Source: a virus
IMG/VR virus record: IMGVR_UViG_3300031372_000018
Span: 1-42,774 of that record
Reading direction: 5' to 3' (one strand)
Length of the DNA stretch: 42,774 bases
Of this stretch, positions 1 to 7,673 are shown piece by piece. Each line of letters starts with the position of its first letter. Position 1 is the first letter of the stretch. A program made the translations under genes and the position numbers. Below the pieces are notes generated by a model, which worked only from the letters and a program-made list of their open reading frames with translations, searched no databases and was not told the origin of the DNA.

Positions 1-127
1 CGCTCGCGATCCTTGTGATCCTTTATGCCCAGATGAACCGACTGCAGCGCAAAGCGCATGTCCTCCGCCTCGTCGATGTCCTTCTGCTTCTCGTTCCTGA
101 AAAGCGCCTGCAGATGGTTTGGCCGCG
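1..127. repeat. Window-end duplication (identical to 42648-42774)
   Basis: Base-for-base comparison of both ends shows 127 identical nt. This implies a circular or circularly permuted molecule with 42,647 bp of unique sequence. Confidence 0.95.
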
Positions 128-935
128 TAACGACAAAGACAAAATCACATGCTGCCTTGAGTGCGGAACTTCCTCGAATGCCGCGCTGCACGTCCTTACC
201 GGCGTGCGCCACGATCAGCACCGTGCAGTCATCAAGTTTAGATCGCCATGTAGAGCACGAGTTGATGAACGCTCCGGTATCCTGCGAGCTGTTCTCGTCG
301 CCATTAAAGCTTCGAGCCATGGTATCTATGACCACCATCTGAAAAGGCTTGCCGACCTTCTCCTGGGCTTTCATGCATGCCTCGATAAACCACTGAACCA
401 TGATCGGATCGTCCAGCATGACCGCGACCGGCAAGATCACCAATGGACCGTAATCGCGACCGTAGTGCCTGGACCATGCAACCGCGCGCTCCTTGAGTCC
501 CTGTGCGCCCTCTGCTGCTACATAAAGGACTGGGCCTTGGCCATCTACGTCGAAGCCATGCCATTGCTGTCCAGTGGCTACAGCAGCTGCCAGGTCCAGT
601 GCCATGAAGCTCTTGTAGCTACCTGATGGTCCATACAGGATGCCAAACCCATCGGCGGGAATGATCCCGTCAACGATCCATTTCTGGCTGGCCGAGTCGA
701 TCAGGCTCTGCTCGGCATCAAAGATCATGCGATCAAAAAACACATCACTTGGCTCTTTCGGGAAAAGCTCGGTATCGCTGTAGCCTTTCTCCTTTTCTGA
801 TTTCACCCCCTTGCGGATATCAACAACGTTGGACCTGTCGATCTCGTTTTGCGTCTCGGCGTACTGCTCCCATTGCCGATGCAGCTCGCCCGGATCGATC
901 TCTTCTTCTGTGCCTGGATTCATGTCATCAATCAT
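1..935 (-). CDS. RecA-fold replicative helicase / AAA_25 (RepA-like) ATPase, N-terminal part; continues across the junction into 42335-42647
   Basis: ATG at 935 is preceded by AAGAGG. My own translation gives Walker A YGPSGSYKS and Walker B-like QMVVIDTMARSF. The frame is continuous with track ORF 42335..42706 once the 127-nt duplication is collapsed (1248 nt in total, 415 aa). Confidence 0.8.
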   Translation of the reverse strand, partial: MIDDMNPGTEEEIDPGELHRQWEQYAETQNEIDRSNVVDIRKGVKSEKEKGYSDTELFPKEPSDVFFDRMIFDAEQSLIDSASQKWIVDGIIPADGFGILYGPSGSYKSFMALDLAAAVATGQQWHGFDVDGQGPVLYVAAEGAQGLKERAVAWSRHYGRDYGPLVILPVAVMLDDPIMVQWFIEACMKAQEKVGKPFQMVVIDTMARSFNGDENSSQDTGAFINSCSTWRSKLDDCTVLIVAHAGKDVQRGIRGSSALKAACDFVFVVTRPNHLQALFRNEKQKDIDEAEDMRFALQSVHLGIKDHKDRE

Positions 936-1293
936 CCTTGCCTCTTGATTCGATTATTCTGGTCAGCGCCAGGATGTAACGGTCAATCGACTGCTCATCC
1001 ATGGTCTGCCCGTTAGCAAACATTCCATCGCCCACGGCAACTATCGATGTCTCTTTGTCGAGCGCCTTGCCACGCAACTTGGCAGGCGTATAAGCATTAT
1101 CAATCTGCCGACATTTATTGCCATCCCATTCAAAAAACTGAGACTTGCTCCAATTCCCGAAAGCGCCACAATCCTCGAACCTTATTGCGAAGCCTTCATC
1201 TCTACCGATATTGAATCGGCGCAAGACTCCATCGCAAGGTATGGGGCGAAACTGCAAGCCTATGGCGGAATGGATGGATTTTTCGAAGTCCAT
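928..1293 (-). CDS. Hypothetical protein, possible primase-associated domain
   Basis: 121-aa track ORF whose stop overlaps the helicase start (ATGATTGATGA). The segment DGVLRRFNIGRDEGFAIRFEDCGAFGNWSKSQFFEW resembles the DGxxHRF...GxxGxW stretch I recall next to zinc-ribbon/Toprim primases of the P4/TraC type. This is memory only, not searched. Confidence 0.6.
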   Translation of the reverse strand: MDFEKSIHSAIGLQFRPIPCDGVLRRFNIGRDEGFAIRFEDCGAFGNWSKSQFFEWDGNKCRQIDNAYTPAKLRGKALDKETSIVAVGDGMFANGQTMDEQSIDRYILALTRIIESRGKDD

Positions 1294-1295
1294 GA

Positions 1296-1505
1296 TTAGG
1301 AGATCCGGGTGATGGTAATCCCACCGACTTTCTTTCTGGACTCGATAACACGGCCAGATCTGCGCCCAAAACCTAGGGCTGCTCCCCTTATCCTTTCGAC
1401 CTCGACCGTTGAGATGTCATCGAACTGCATGGACTGCCCTACCTCTATTAGCTCGAATTTGTACACCGAAGGACGTCCAGGCTTGCGCAAAATCGACTCA
1501 TTCAT
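1296..1505 (-). CDS. Small basic hypothetical protein, first gene of the leftward early operon
   Basis: 69-aa track ORF immediately downstream of the predicted leftward promoter. It has an AT-hook-like RKPGRPS segment and sits next to the CCGGACA repeat array. Function unknown. Confidence 0.6.
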   Translation of the reverse strand: MNESILRKPGRPSVYKFELIEVGQSMQFDDISTVEVERIRGAALGFGRRSGRVIESRKKVGGITITRIS

Positions 1506-1537
1506 ACAAAAAATCTCATTAGTGGGGTTTGCGAGAT

Positions 1538-1565
1538 TCTATACACCCTCAAGGCCACGTGTCAA
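1538..1565 (-). promoter_or_regulatory. Sigma70-like leftward early promoter
   Basis: On the minus strand: TTGACA (1560-1565), 16-nt spacer, TATAGA (1538-1543). It lies about 35 nt upstream of the ATG at 1505. Confidence 0.6.
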
Positions 1566-1635
1566 GCGGACTTAGCTATTTGTAGAGATAATATGTGGAT
1601 CGAAGATTTTCGCCTATACGATATCTATTATCTAT

Positions 1636-1873
1636 ACGGACAACCGTGTCCGGACCGGACATATTTCCGGACATCGTTAGCTTGCTATTGTCCGAAAATC
1701 CCGGACATGTGTCCGGTAGAAAAAATCCAGCAAATTCAATGGGATGAGAGAAATCCGGACAAGTCCGGACAAACGTGTCCGGGACAAAATAGGCCTCGAC
1801 ATAAGCCCGGACACACCCCCTTTCCCACTAAAGGGGAAGGGGGTTGTCCGGATGTCCGGCGCTTTTTGTCCGA
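1636..1873. repeat. Iteron-like array of CCGGACA / TGTCCGG motifs
   Basis: There are 11 perfect and 4 one-mismatch copies in about 240 nt. Perfect CCGGACA starts at 1655, 1667, 1701, 1755, 1765 and 1807. Perfect TGTCCGG starts at 1647, 1710, 1776, 1845 and 1853. One-mismatch copies start at 1636, 1689, 1780 and 1867. Confidence 0.9.
1816..1843. other. G/C-rich hairpin inside the repeat array
   Basis: CCCCCTTTCCC (1816-1826) pairs with GGGGAAGGGGG (1833-1843) across the loop ACTAAA. That gives 10 Watson-Crick pairs plus one T:G. No T-run follows, so it is not a classic terminator. Confidence 0.5.
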
Positions 1874-1888
1874 GAAGCAGGAAAATGC

Positions 1889-1917
1889 TTGACCTTCAGC
1901 ATGGGTGTATCTATAGT
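1889..1917 (+). promoter_or_regulatory. Sigma70-like rightward promoter upstream of the packaging operon
   Basis: TTGACC (1889-1894), 17-nt spacer, TATAGT (1912-1917). Confidence 0.65.
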
Positions 1918-1978
1918 CATCTCATCGGGTTCGATCCTTCGATCCCAACCGCAGTACCAACCGCCAGAGAGGGCATCC

Positions 1979-2215
1979 ATGATGGGCATAAAGCAGAACT
2001 ACAAAACCGTGCGCAACTTCACCTGGGTCTACTATGTGATTGCGTTTGTGTTCTTTGTCCTGGCAATACAGGCGTTTCCAACTTCGCGCAATCCAGATGG
2101 CTCTTACATGATGTTCGTGTTCTGGGTCGCGATTGCAACTGGTACTGCTTTTGGGGCTGGGCGTAATAAGCGGGCAGATGCAGATAAAACTGCTCAACAG
2201 CATCGGGCGGGTTGA
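1979..2215 (+). CDS. Small membrane protein (two predicted TM segments)
   Basis: ATG at 1979 is preceded by AGAGAGGG; 78 aa. Hydrophobic segments are WVYYVIAFVFFVLAIQAF and MMFVFWVAIATGTAFGA. The upstream part of the 123-aa track ORF lies in the repeat array and is not used. Confidence 0.6.
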   Translation: MMGIKQNYKTVRNFTWVYYVIAFVFFVLAIQAFPTSRNPDGSYMMFVFWVAIATGTAFGAGRNKRADADKTAQQHRAG

Positions 2216-2217
2216 TT

Positions 2218-2814
2218 ATGAATATTGAACAGAAAGCATTGTTTGATCGGCTAACTCAGCTACAGCAAAGAGTTGCCGTAAACGTGCTTTCTGGTATGAC
2301 GCAGAGGCAGGCTTATTATGAAGCTGGAGGGACAGCAGAAAACGAGAAAGCCGCCGATGCAATTGCTTCAAGAATGCTAAGCGACGCTAGGGTAATTGCT
2401 TTCATGGACGCCATGAAGCTGGAGGCCGTTTCCAATGCCGTCATGAGCCGCCAGGAGGCGCTGGAGAAGCTTTCCAATCTTGCGCGCACCGACCTCAAGG
2501 ATCTGGTCGAATTCGGCTCATACGACCTAGGAGAGGACGCAGACGGAAATCCGATTGTGCAGGCTTCCTGGAAGATCAAGGATTCGGCATTGCAGGACCC
2601 GGCGAAGATGTCCGCCATCTCCGAGCTGACAGCTGGCAAGGAAGGCATCAAGATCAAGACGCACTCGCCGATAACTGCTATCCAGCAACTCGCCAAGATG
2701 CAGGGCTGGGAGTCGGCCAGCAAGCATGAGATCAGCGGACCCAATGGCGGCCCAGTGCTTACCCGCGACGTCAGCGACATGACCGATGATGAGCTAGCTG
2801 CATTCCTGCCATGA
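2218..2814 (+). CDS. terS: Terminase small subunit
   Basis: 198 aa from ATG 2218 (the track ORF starts at TTG 2212). The stop overlaps the terL start (ATGA at 2811). The N-terminal segment LTQLQQRVAVNVLSGMTQRQAYYEAG is HTH-like, as I recall for Terminase_2-type small subunits. Confidence 0.75.
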   Translation: MNIEQKALFDRLTQLQQRVAVNVLSGMTQRQAYYEAGGTAENEKAADAIASRMLSDARVIAFMDAMKLEAVSNAVMSRQEALEKLSNLARTDLKDLVEFGSYDLGEDADGNPIVQASWKIKDSALQDPAKMSAISELTAGKEGIKIKTHSPITAIQQLAKMQGWESASKHEISGPNGGPVLTRDVSDMTDDELAAFLP

Positions 2815-4202
2815 TCAGTAGCGCCGATGCCGCCAAGGAGCTTCTGAGGCGTCGGCAGGCGCGCAAGTCCCTTCTGTCATTCATCTGCTACATCAACCCC
2901 GAATACATCGTCAGCGACTTCTCGATCATGGTCTGCTCGGCCCTGGAGAAGTTCATAGCCGATTGCATGGAGGGAGTGCGTCCCGTCCTGATCCTTCAAG
3001 CACCGCCACAGCACGGCAAGTCGGACATCGTCTCGCGCTACCTGCCAGCGTTCGTGTTTGGTCACTACCAGGATCTGCGCATTGCTGGCCTGTCCTACTC
3101 CAAGGACTTGGCCACCGACATGAACCGTGATGTGCAGCGGATCATGATGTCGCCTGAGTATCACAAGCTATTCCCGGACTCTTCGCTCAATGCTAAGCGA
3201 GCCGTGCACGTCGACATCGAGGCCAAGCGCAACAGCGAGACATTCGAATTGGTTGGGCACAAGGGCACTTACGTCGGCCAGGGCGTTGGCGGCCCACTGA
3301 CTGGTAAGCGTGTCGACTTCGGCATCATCGATGATCCCATCAAAAACTCCAAGGAAGCGCTGAGCCCCGCCATCAAGGATTCGATCTGGAAGTGGTACGG
3401 TTCGACCTTCCTGACCCGCCTGAGCAAGAATGCAGGCCACATCATCATGGCTACTCGTTGGGCCACTGACGACCTTTCAGGCCGAGTGCTGGCTGCCAAC
3501 GCTAAGGCAAGGCTACTGAGCTTTCCTGCCATCGATGTCGCTGGCAATGCGCTTATTCCCGAGCTGCATCCTGCCGATAAGCTGCTAGAGACCAAAGAGG
3601 TCATTGGTGATTACTTCTGGTCGGCCATGTACCAGCAGTCGCCTAAGACCATTGGTGGCGCGATCTTCAAGGATGAGGGTGTCAGGTACTACCTGCCCAA
3701 AGATCTACCGACCAAATTCGACAAGATCATCCAATCCTGGGACATGACCTTTAAGGACTCGGAAGGCACAGACTATGTTGCGGGCCAGGTTTGGGCAAAA
3801 CTTGGGTCGAACGTCTACCTTATCGATCGCAAGAAGGAGCGCATGTCGTTCACCAAGTCCAAGCAGGCAGTAGTTGATATGACGGCCAGGCATCCCCAGG
3901 CAATGCGCAAGCTGATCGAAGACAAGGCCAATGGCCCTGCTATCATTGACTCGCTCAAGAATGAGATCCACGGCATAATCCCGGTAGAGCCAGATGGCAG
4001 CAAGATAGCTCGCGCGCACGCTGTGACAGCTGTGTGGGAGGCTGGCAACGTATGGCTACCACATCCTGACATCGCGCCATGGGTTAAGGAATTCGTCGAC
4101 GAAGTGACAACCTTCCCCGCAGGCGCGCACGATGACGAGGTTGATGCCATGACGCAGGCGCTGCGAGACCTGTATAGTGCCAAGCGTGGATTCTTCGGTT
4201 AA
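2811..4202 (+). CDS. terL: Terminase large subunit
   Basis: 463 aa. Walker A-like QAPPQHGKS, Walker B-like VDFGIIDDP, and the C-terminal nuclease acidic motif AGAHDDEVDAMTQAL. Confidence 0.9.
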   Translation: MISSADAAKELLRRRQARKSLLSFICYINPEYIVSDFSIMVCSALEKFIADCMEGVRPVLILQAPPQHGKSDIVSRYLPAFVFGHYQDLRIAGLSYSKDLATDMNRDVQRIMMSPEYHKLFPDSSLNAKRAVHVDIEAKRNSETFELVGHKGTYVGQGVGGPLTGKRVDFGIIDDPIKNSKEALSPAIKDSIWKWYGSTFLTRLSKNAGHIIMATRWATDDLSGRVLAANAKARLLSFPAIDVAGNALIPELHPADKLLETKEVIGDYFWSAMYQQSPKTIGGAIFKDEGVRYYLPKDLPTKFDKIIQSWDMTFKDSEGTDYVAGQVWAKLGSNVYLIDRKKERMSFTKSKQAVVDMTARHPQAMRKLIEDKANGPAIIDSLKNEIHGIIPVEPDGSKIARAHAVTAVWEAGNVWLPHPDIAPWVKEFVDEVTTFPAGAHDDEVDAMTQALRDLYSAKRGFFG

Positions 4203-4222
4203 ACAGATCAACAGGAGCGCCT

Positions 4223-5725
4223 ATGTGGCCGTTCAGCAAGAAACAGACTCCGGCCAGCGATGTGGCTGCTCCGACTGCAAAGGGCGTGTTCAGCACTGAC
4301 GTTGGCGTGCTGGGCGCGCTCGTCAAGAAGCAGGAGCGGGCTGATATCTATTATCCGCAGCCTGCTGGTGCATTCGCCCAGGATGAGCATTTCAGCCCGA
4401 CTGCTGGCTATCCGCTCAAGGGGCCAAGCTTTGGTGGTGTGCCTGAATCGCAGTTGATGTGGTATGCGAGCCAGTCCTTCATCGGCTACCAGGCGTGCGC
4501 GGTCATCGGTACGCACTGGCTCGTGGACAAGGCCTGCACTACGCCCGCCGAGGATGCTCTGCGGATGGGCTACCAGATCGATTGCGACAGCGCCGAGGCC
4601 GTTGACCTTCTGAACGATGTCGACGAGAAGTACCAGATCGATGCCCACATGAAGGAGTACATCGCCTTCGGTCGCGTGTTCGGTGTTCGCGTTGCACTGT
4701 TCGTGGTTGAGTCGACCGATCCTGAGTACTACATCAAGCCGTTCAATCCAGACGGCGTCGCGCCTGGATCTTATCGCGGCATTAGCCAGGTAGACCCGCA
4801 GTGGATTACCCCCGTGTTGACGCATGCGAACCTAAGCAACCCTGCTGGCAAGGATTTCTATCTGCCGCTGTTCTATCGCATCGGTAGCCAGCTCTATCAT
4901 CGTTCGCACCTGTCGATCTACATCCCCTATCCGGTCACAGACACGCTGAAGCCGATGTATCAGTTCGGCGGCGTCTCTGTGCCCCAGCGGATCTATGAGC
5001 GCGTTTATGCGGCTGAGCGTTCGGCGAATGAGGTGCCGCAGTTGCTGATGACCAAGCGGCTGACTAACCTGAAGGTCAGTGAGGCAGCCATGGCCAGCCC
5101 TGAAGCCCTGGCTGCCAACCTGGAGCAATGGACGCTGCTGCGTGATAACCATGGGGTGCGCGTAGGAGCTGGCGAGGAAGAGGTTAGCCAGATCGACACT
5201 TCCCTTGCTGACCTGCCATCAAGCACCATGCTCAGCTATCAGCTGGTCGCGGCCTGCGCTGGCATCCCCGCCACCAAGCTGATCGAGACCACTCCGATTG
5301 GCTTCGCATCGAGCGGCGAGTACGAGTCCGAGAGCTATCGTCAGGTGCTTGAGTCGGTGCAGAAGCATCTTGATCCGATGCTAAAGGGTCACTATCTGCG
5401 CATGATGCGATCCGATGTAGCGCCATCGCTTGGAGTTGACCCGATGAAGGTTGGAATAAAGTGGGCGCCACTGGATAGCCCGACTGCTGCCGAGGCTGCA
5501 GACGTGGCGCTGAAGAAAGCGCAGACCGATCAGATCTACGTCGCCATCCAGGCCATTGACGGCCAGGACGTGCGCACCAAGCTCAAGGATGATGAGGATA
5601 GCCAGTATCAGAACCTGGCTGACATTGAGGATCCGCTCAATGTGCCTCAGGGCAACGTTGACCCATTGACGGGCGAGCCTGTAGCTGAGACTATAGAGCC
5701 TCAAGTAAATGAGGGGGTTTTGTGA
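4223..5725 (+). CDS. Portal protein (DUF1073-like)
   Basis: 500 aa directly after terL, with an AGGAG RBS. Size and position are typical of portals. The family assignment is recalled, not searched. Confidence 0.8.
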   Translation: MWPFSKKQTPASDVAAPTAKGVFSTDVGVLGALVKKQERADIYYPQPAGAFAQDEHFSPTAGYPLKGPSFGGVPESQLMWYASQSFIGYQACAVIGTHWLVDKACTTPAEDALRMGYQIDCDSAEAVDLLNDVDEKYQIDAHMKEYIAFGRVFGVRVALFVVESTDPEYYIKPFNPDGVAPGSYRGISQVDPQWITPVLTHANLSNPAGKDFYLPLFYRIGSQLYHRSHLSIYIPYPVTDTLKPMYQFGGVSVPQRIYERVYAAERSANEVPQLLMTKRLTNLKVSEAAMASPEALAANLEQWTLLRDNHGVRVGAGEEEVSQIDTSLADLPSSTMLSYQLVAACAGIPATKLIETTPIGFASSGEYESESYRQVLESVQKHLDPMLKGHYLRMMRSDVAPSLGVDPMKVGIKWAPLDSPTAAEAADVALKKAQTDQIYVAIQAIDGQDVRTKLKDDEDSQYQNLADIEDPLNVPQGNVDPLTGEPVAETIEPQVNEGVL

Positions 5726-5940
5726 TGTCGAAGATTAATGATGGTGGTTGTGCATTTCCGTGTGAAACCTCGATGTATGCATCGTCAGGCAGGGGCATGT
5801 CTCTGTGGGATTACTTTGCGGGCAAGGCGATGCAGGGCATCTGTGCTCACGCTGACACCTGGGGTTTGAGCACCAACGAAAATATTGCGACAGCTTCTTA
5901 CGATCTGGCCGACGCCATGCTTGCGGAGCGCGCAAAATGA
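5725..5940 (+). CDS. Conserved small phage protein, function unknown
   Basis: ATG 5725 overlaps the portal stop (GTGATG), with a GAGGGGG RBS. The GGCAFP and GMSLWDYFAGKAM motifs recur in small phage proteins I recall. Confidence 0.7.
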   Translation: MSKINDGGCAFPCETSMYASSGRGMSLWDYFAGKAMQGICAHADTWGLSTNENIATASYDLADAMLAERAK

Positions 5941-6197
5941 AATATCTAAATATCGAGTCCGATAGGTTTTCATGCGCGAGCAGTTCGCATACTCGCGAAG
6001 ATCACCATATAGAGCTTGTAGTTGAGGTTGATCAGAGCGCGGTCATCAATCAATTCACAGCCAAGGAGATCGTATCTTCTTTTGACATCGGTTCCCTGCT
6101 CGATGAGATCGGCATGTCGATTGCTCTTGAGCATTATGCGGGTCTTGGCAATATCACCATGGAAGACTTCCGCAGTATTCTGGAGCGTGCGAAATGA
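5937..6197 (+). CDS. Hypothetical protein
   Basis: 86-aa track ORF with ATGA overlaps to both neighbours. Confidence 0.65.
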   Translation: MKYLNIESDRFSCASSSHTREDHHIELVVEVDQSAVINQFTAKEIVSSFDIGSLLDEIGMSIALEHYAGLGNITMEDFRSILERAK

Positions 6198-6457
6198 TCG
6201 CGCACACGCCTGGTTCTTGGTACTGGGACTTTGACCGTGACGGGTTGGCAAGCCTTAGATCGGATGCTGGCGATGGAGAGCCCATCATGATTGATATTGG
6301 CCTCTGCCCTGGAGTTGAGGATCGAGCGCTGATCGCCGCCGCGCCGGATCTGCTGGAGGCTTTGGAGAATCTTGAAAATGATGCCGGTCAGATCCCTGAC
6401 GATGCATGGAAGATCGTCAAGGATGCCATCGCCCGCGCAAAAGGAGAGCAACCATGA
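6194..6457 (+). CDS. Conserved small phage protein, function unknown
   Basis: 87 aa. The HTPGSW and LIAAAPDLLEALE motifs are common in phage proteins of unknown function (recalled). Confidence 0.7.
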   Translation: MIAHTPGSWYWDFDRDGLASLRSDAGDGEPIMIDIGLCPGVEDRALIAAAPDLLEALENLENDAGQIPDDAWKIVKDAIARAKGEQP

Positions 6458-6615
6458 TCGACCTAACCCCATACGCCACCTATACAGGCCTTGCACTGGA
6501 CAAGCTAGGCGCCGACCTTGAGTTGCCAAGGCACTTCGGCGAGTGCGATGGAAGCTATCGAGGCCGGATGATCGCCAGGCTTGTGCGGAATATCCAGGCG
6601 AGCACTGATGCCTAA
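6454..6615 (+). CDS. Hypothetical protein (53 aa)
   Basis: ATG 6454 overlaps the upstream stop (ATGA), in frame with track ORF 6406..6615. Confidence 0.5.
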   Translation: MIDLTPYATYTGLALDKLGADLELPRHFGECDGSYRGRMIARLVRNIQASTDA

Positions 6616-7486
6616 GAAAATCCGCCTAACCCGCAAGCGACTTCAGTGGGCAGAACCCCGGGCGGCAACGCTCAGGGGTTCGCCATTGGTCGCTCCTGCA
6701 GCCACCGCAGCGAAGTACTCAGCCGAACTTGAGCGCATGGTCCAGGCTATGCGCAAAGAGTACGACAGTGAGCTGCGTGGGCTGTTTAAGCAGTTGGGCT
6801 CGCAGATTGGTCCAGATACCCTGGCGCAGGATGCTAGCCTTGCGAGTCAGGCGCGGATCTTGTTCTCGTGGTTGTCGACCAAGTACGCAAAGCTGTTTGC
6901 GTCCAGGGCGTCGACCATCACCGAGCGCATGATCAGTGGCGCCTCCAAGGCAAGCCAGGTGCAGCTTGGCGAATCGCTCAAGAAGATCAGTGGTGGGCTG
7001 ACCATCAAGGTTGCGGACATGCCAGGTGATCTTGCAGATCGGCTGACTGCATCGACCGCCGAGAATGTCGGGCTGATCAAGTCCATCCAGGCGCAGTACC
7101 ACGAGAAAATCTCGCAAACGGTTCTTCGATCGATCCAGGCGGGCGGCAATGGTTCGCAGGACATCTTTGAGCAGATCCGGCACATAGATGGCGTCACCGA
7201 AAATCGGGCGAAGTTAATTGCTATCGACCAGACTCGCAAGGTCACGACAGCGATGAATGTCGAGCGCGCGGCTTCGGCGGGAATCAAGAAGTTTGAGTGG
7301 CTGCACTCAGGCGGCGGTGCTGATCCGCGAAGGCTACATCTCGACTACGATGGGCAGATCTTCGACTACGACAAGCCGCCTGTGATCGATGAGCGGACTG
7401 GTGAGCGTGGGTATCCAGGGCAGCTACCCAATTGCAGATGCGCCATGATTCCGGTTATCTCTTTTGGAGAAGAAGAGAATGGCTAG
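6608..7486 (+). CDS. Head morphogenesis protein, Mu gpF / SPP1 gp7-like
   Basis: 292 aa from ATG 6608. The C-terminal GYPGQLPNCRCAMIPV is typical of Phage_Mu_F minor head proteins. The gene lies in the portal-proximal position. Confidence 0.8.
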   Translation: MPKKIRLTRKRLQWAEPRAATLRGSPLVAPAATAAKYSAELERMVQAMRKEYDSELRGLFKQLGSQIGPDTLAQDASLASQARILFSWLSTKYAKLFASRASTITERMISGASKASQVQLGESLKKISGGLTIKVADMPGDLADRLTASTAENVGLIKSIQAQYHEKISQTVLRSIQAGGNGSQDIFEQIRHIDGVTENRAKLIAIDQTRKVTTAMNVERAASAGIKKFEWLHSGGGADPRRLHLDYDGQIFDYDKPPVIDERTGERGYPGQLPNCRCAMIPVISFGEEENG

Positions 7487-7673
7487 CAAACAGACGCTGA
7501 AGATGCAGCAAGAGATCCTTGCCAAGGTTTATGAGCTTATTGGCAGGGAATTCCCCGATCCGGCAAAGCTGGTTTGCAATGCCGTGACGATCACTATCGA
7601 GGCTGATGAGCGCGGTCTATTTGTAGACGTGAAAGAACGACTGATGCCTATTGAGCCTGCTACTGATGAGTGA
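7479..7673 (+). CDS. Hypothetical protein (64 aa)
   Basis: ATG 7479 follows GAAGAAGAG and overlaps the Mu-F-like stop. It is the last ORF before the ORF-free region. Confidence 0.6.
   Translation: MASKQTLKMQQEILAKVYELIGREFPDPAKLVCNAVTITIEADERGLFVDVKERLMPIEPATDE

Noticed and set aside
15-626. 203-aa plus-strand ORF at the window start, and 304..564 on the minus strand
   Set aside because: 15..626 has a GTG start, no RBS and an implausible composition, and it is antisense to the Walker-motif helicase frame. 304..564 lies on the helicase strand but is out of frame with the helicase reading frame and is only an internal fragment.
1636-1873. Repeat array considered as a CRISPR array
   Set aside because: The repeat unit is only 7-9 nt, occurs in both orientations and has irregular 3-40 nt spacing. 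CRISPR repeats are 23-50 nt, direct and regularly spaced.
1309-2166. Track ORFs 1309..1575, 1593..1892 and 1744..2166, and the 5' part of 1844..2215
   Set aside because: They run through the promoter, AT-rich and CCGGACA repeat regions. They have non-ATG or unsupported starts, and their products are dominated by repeat-encoded Pro/Asp/Arg/Gly residues. Only the 1979-2215 portion has an RBS and a membrane-protein-like sequence.
4208-4825. Long antisense ORFs inside well-supported genes (4208..4825, 12056..12676, 39734..40306, 22883..23398 and similar)
   Set aside because: Each lies opposite a gene with a recognisable product or coupling signals, and none has an RBS. This is common in DNA with G+C above 55%.
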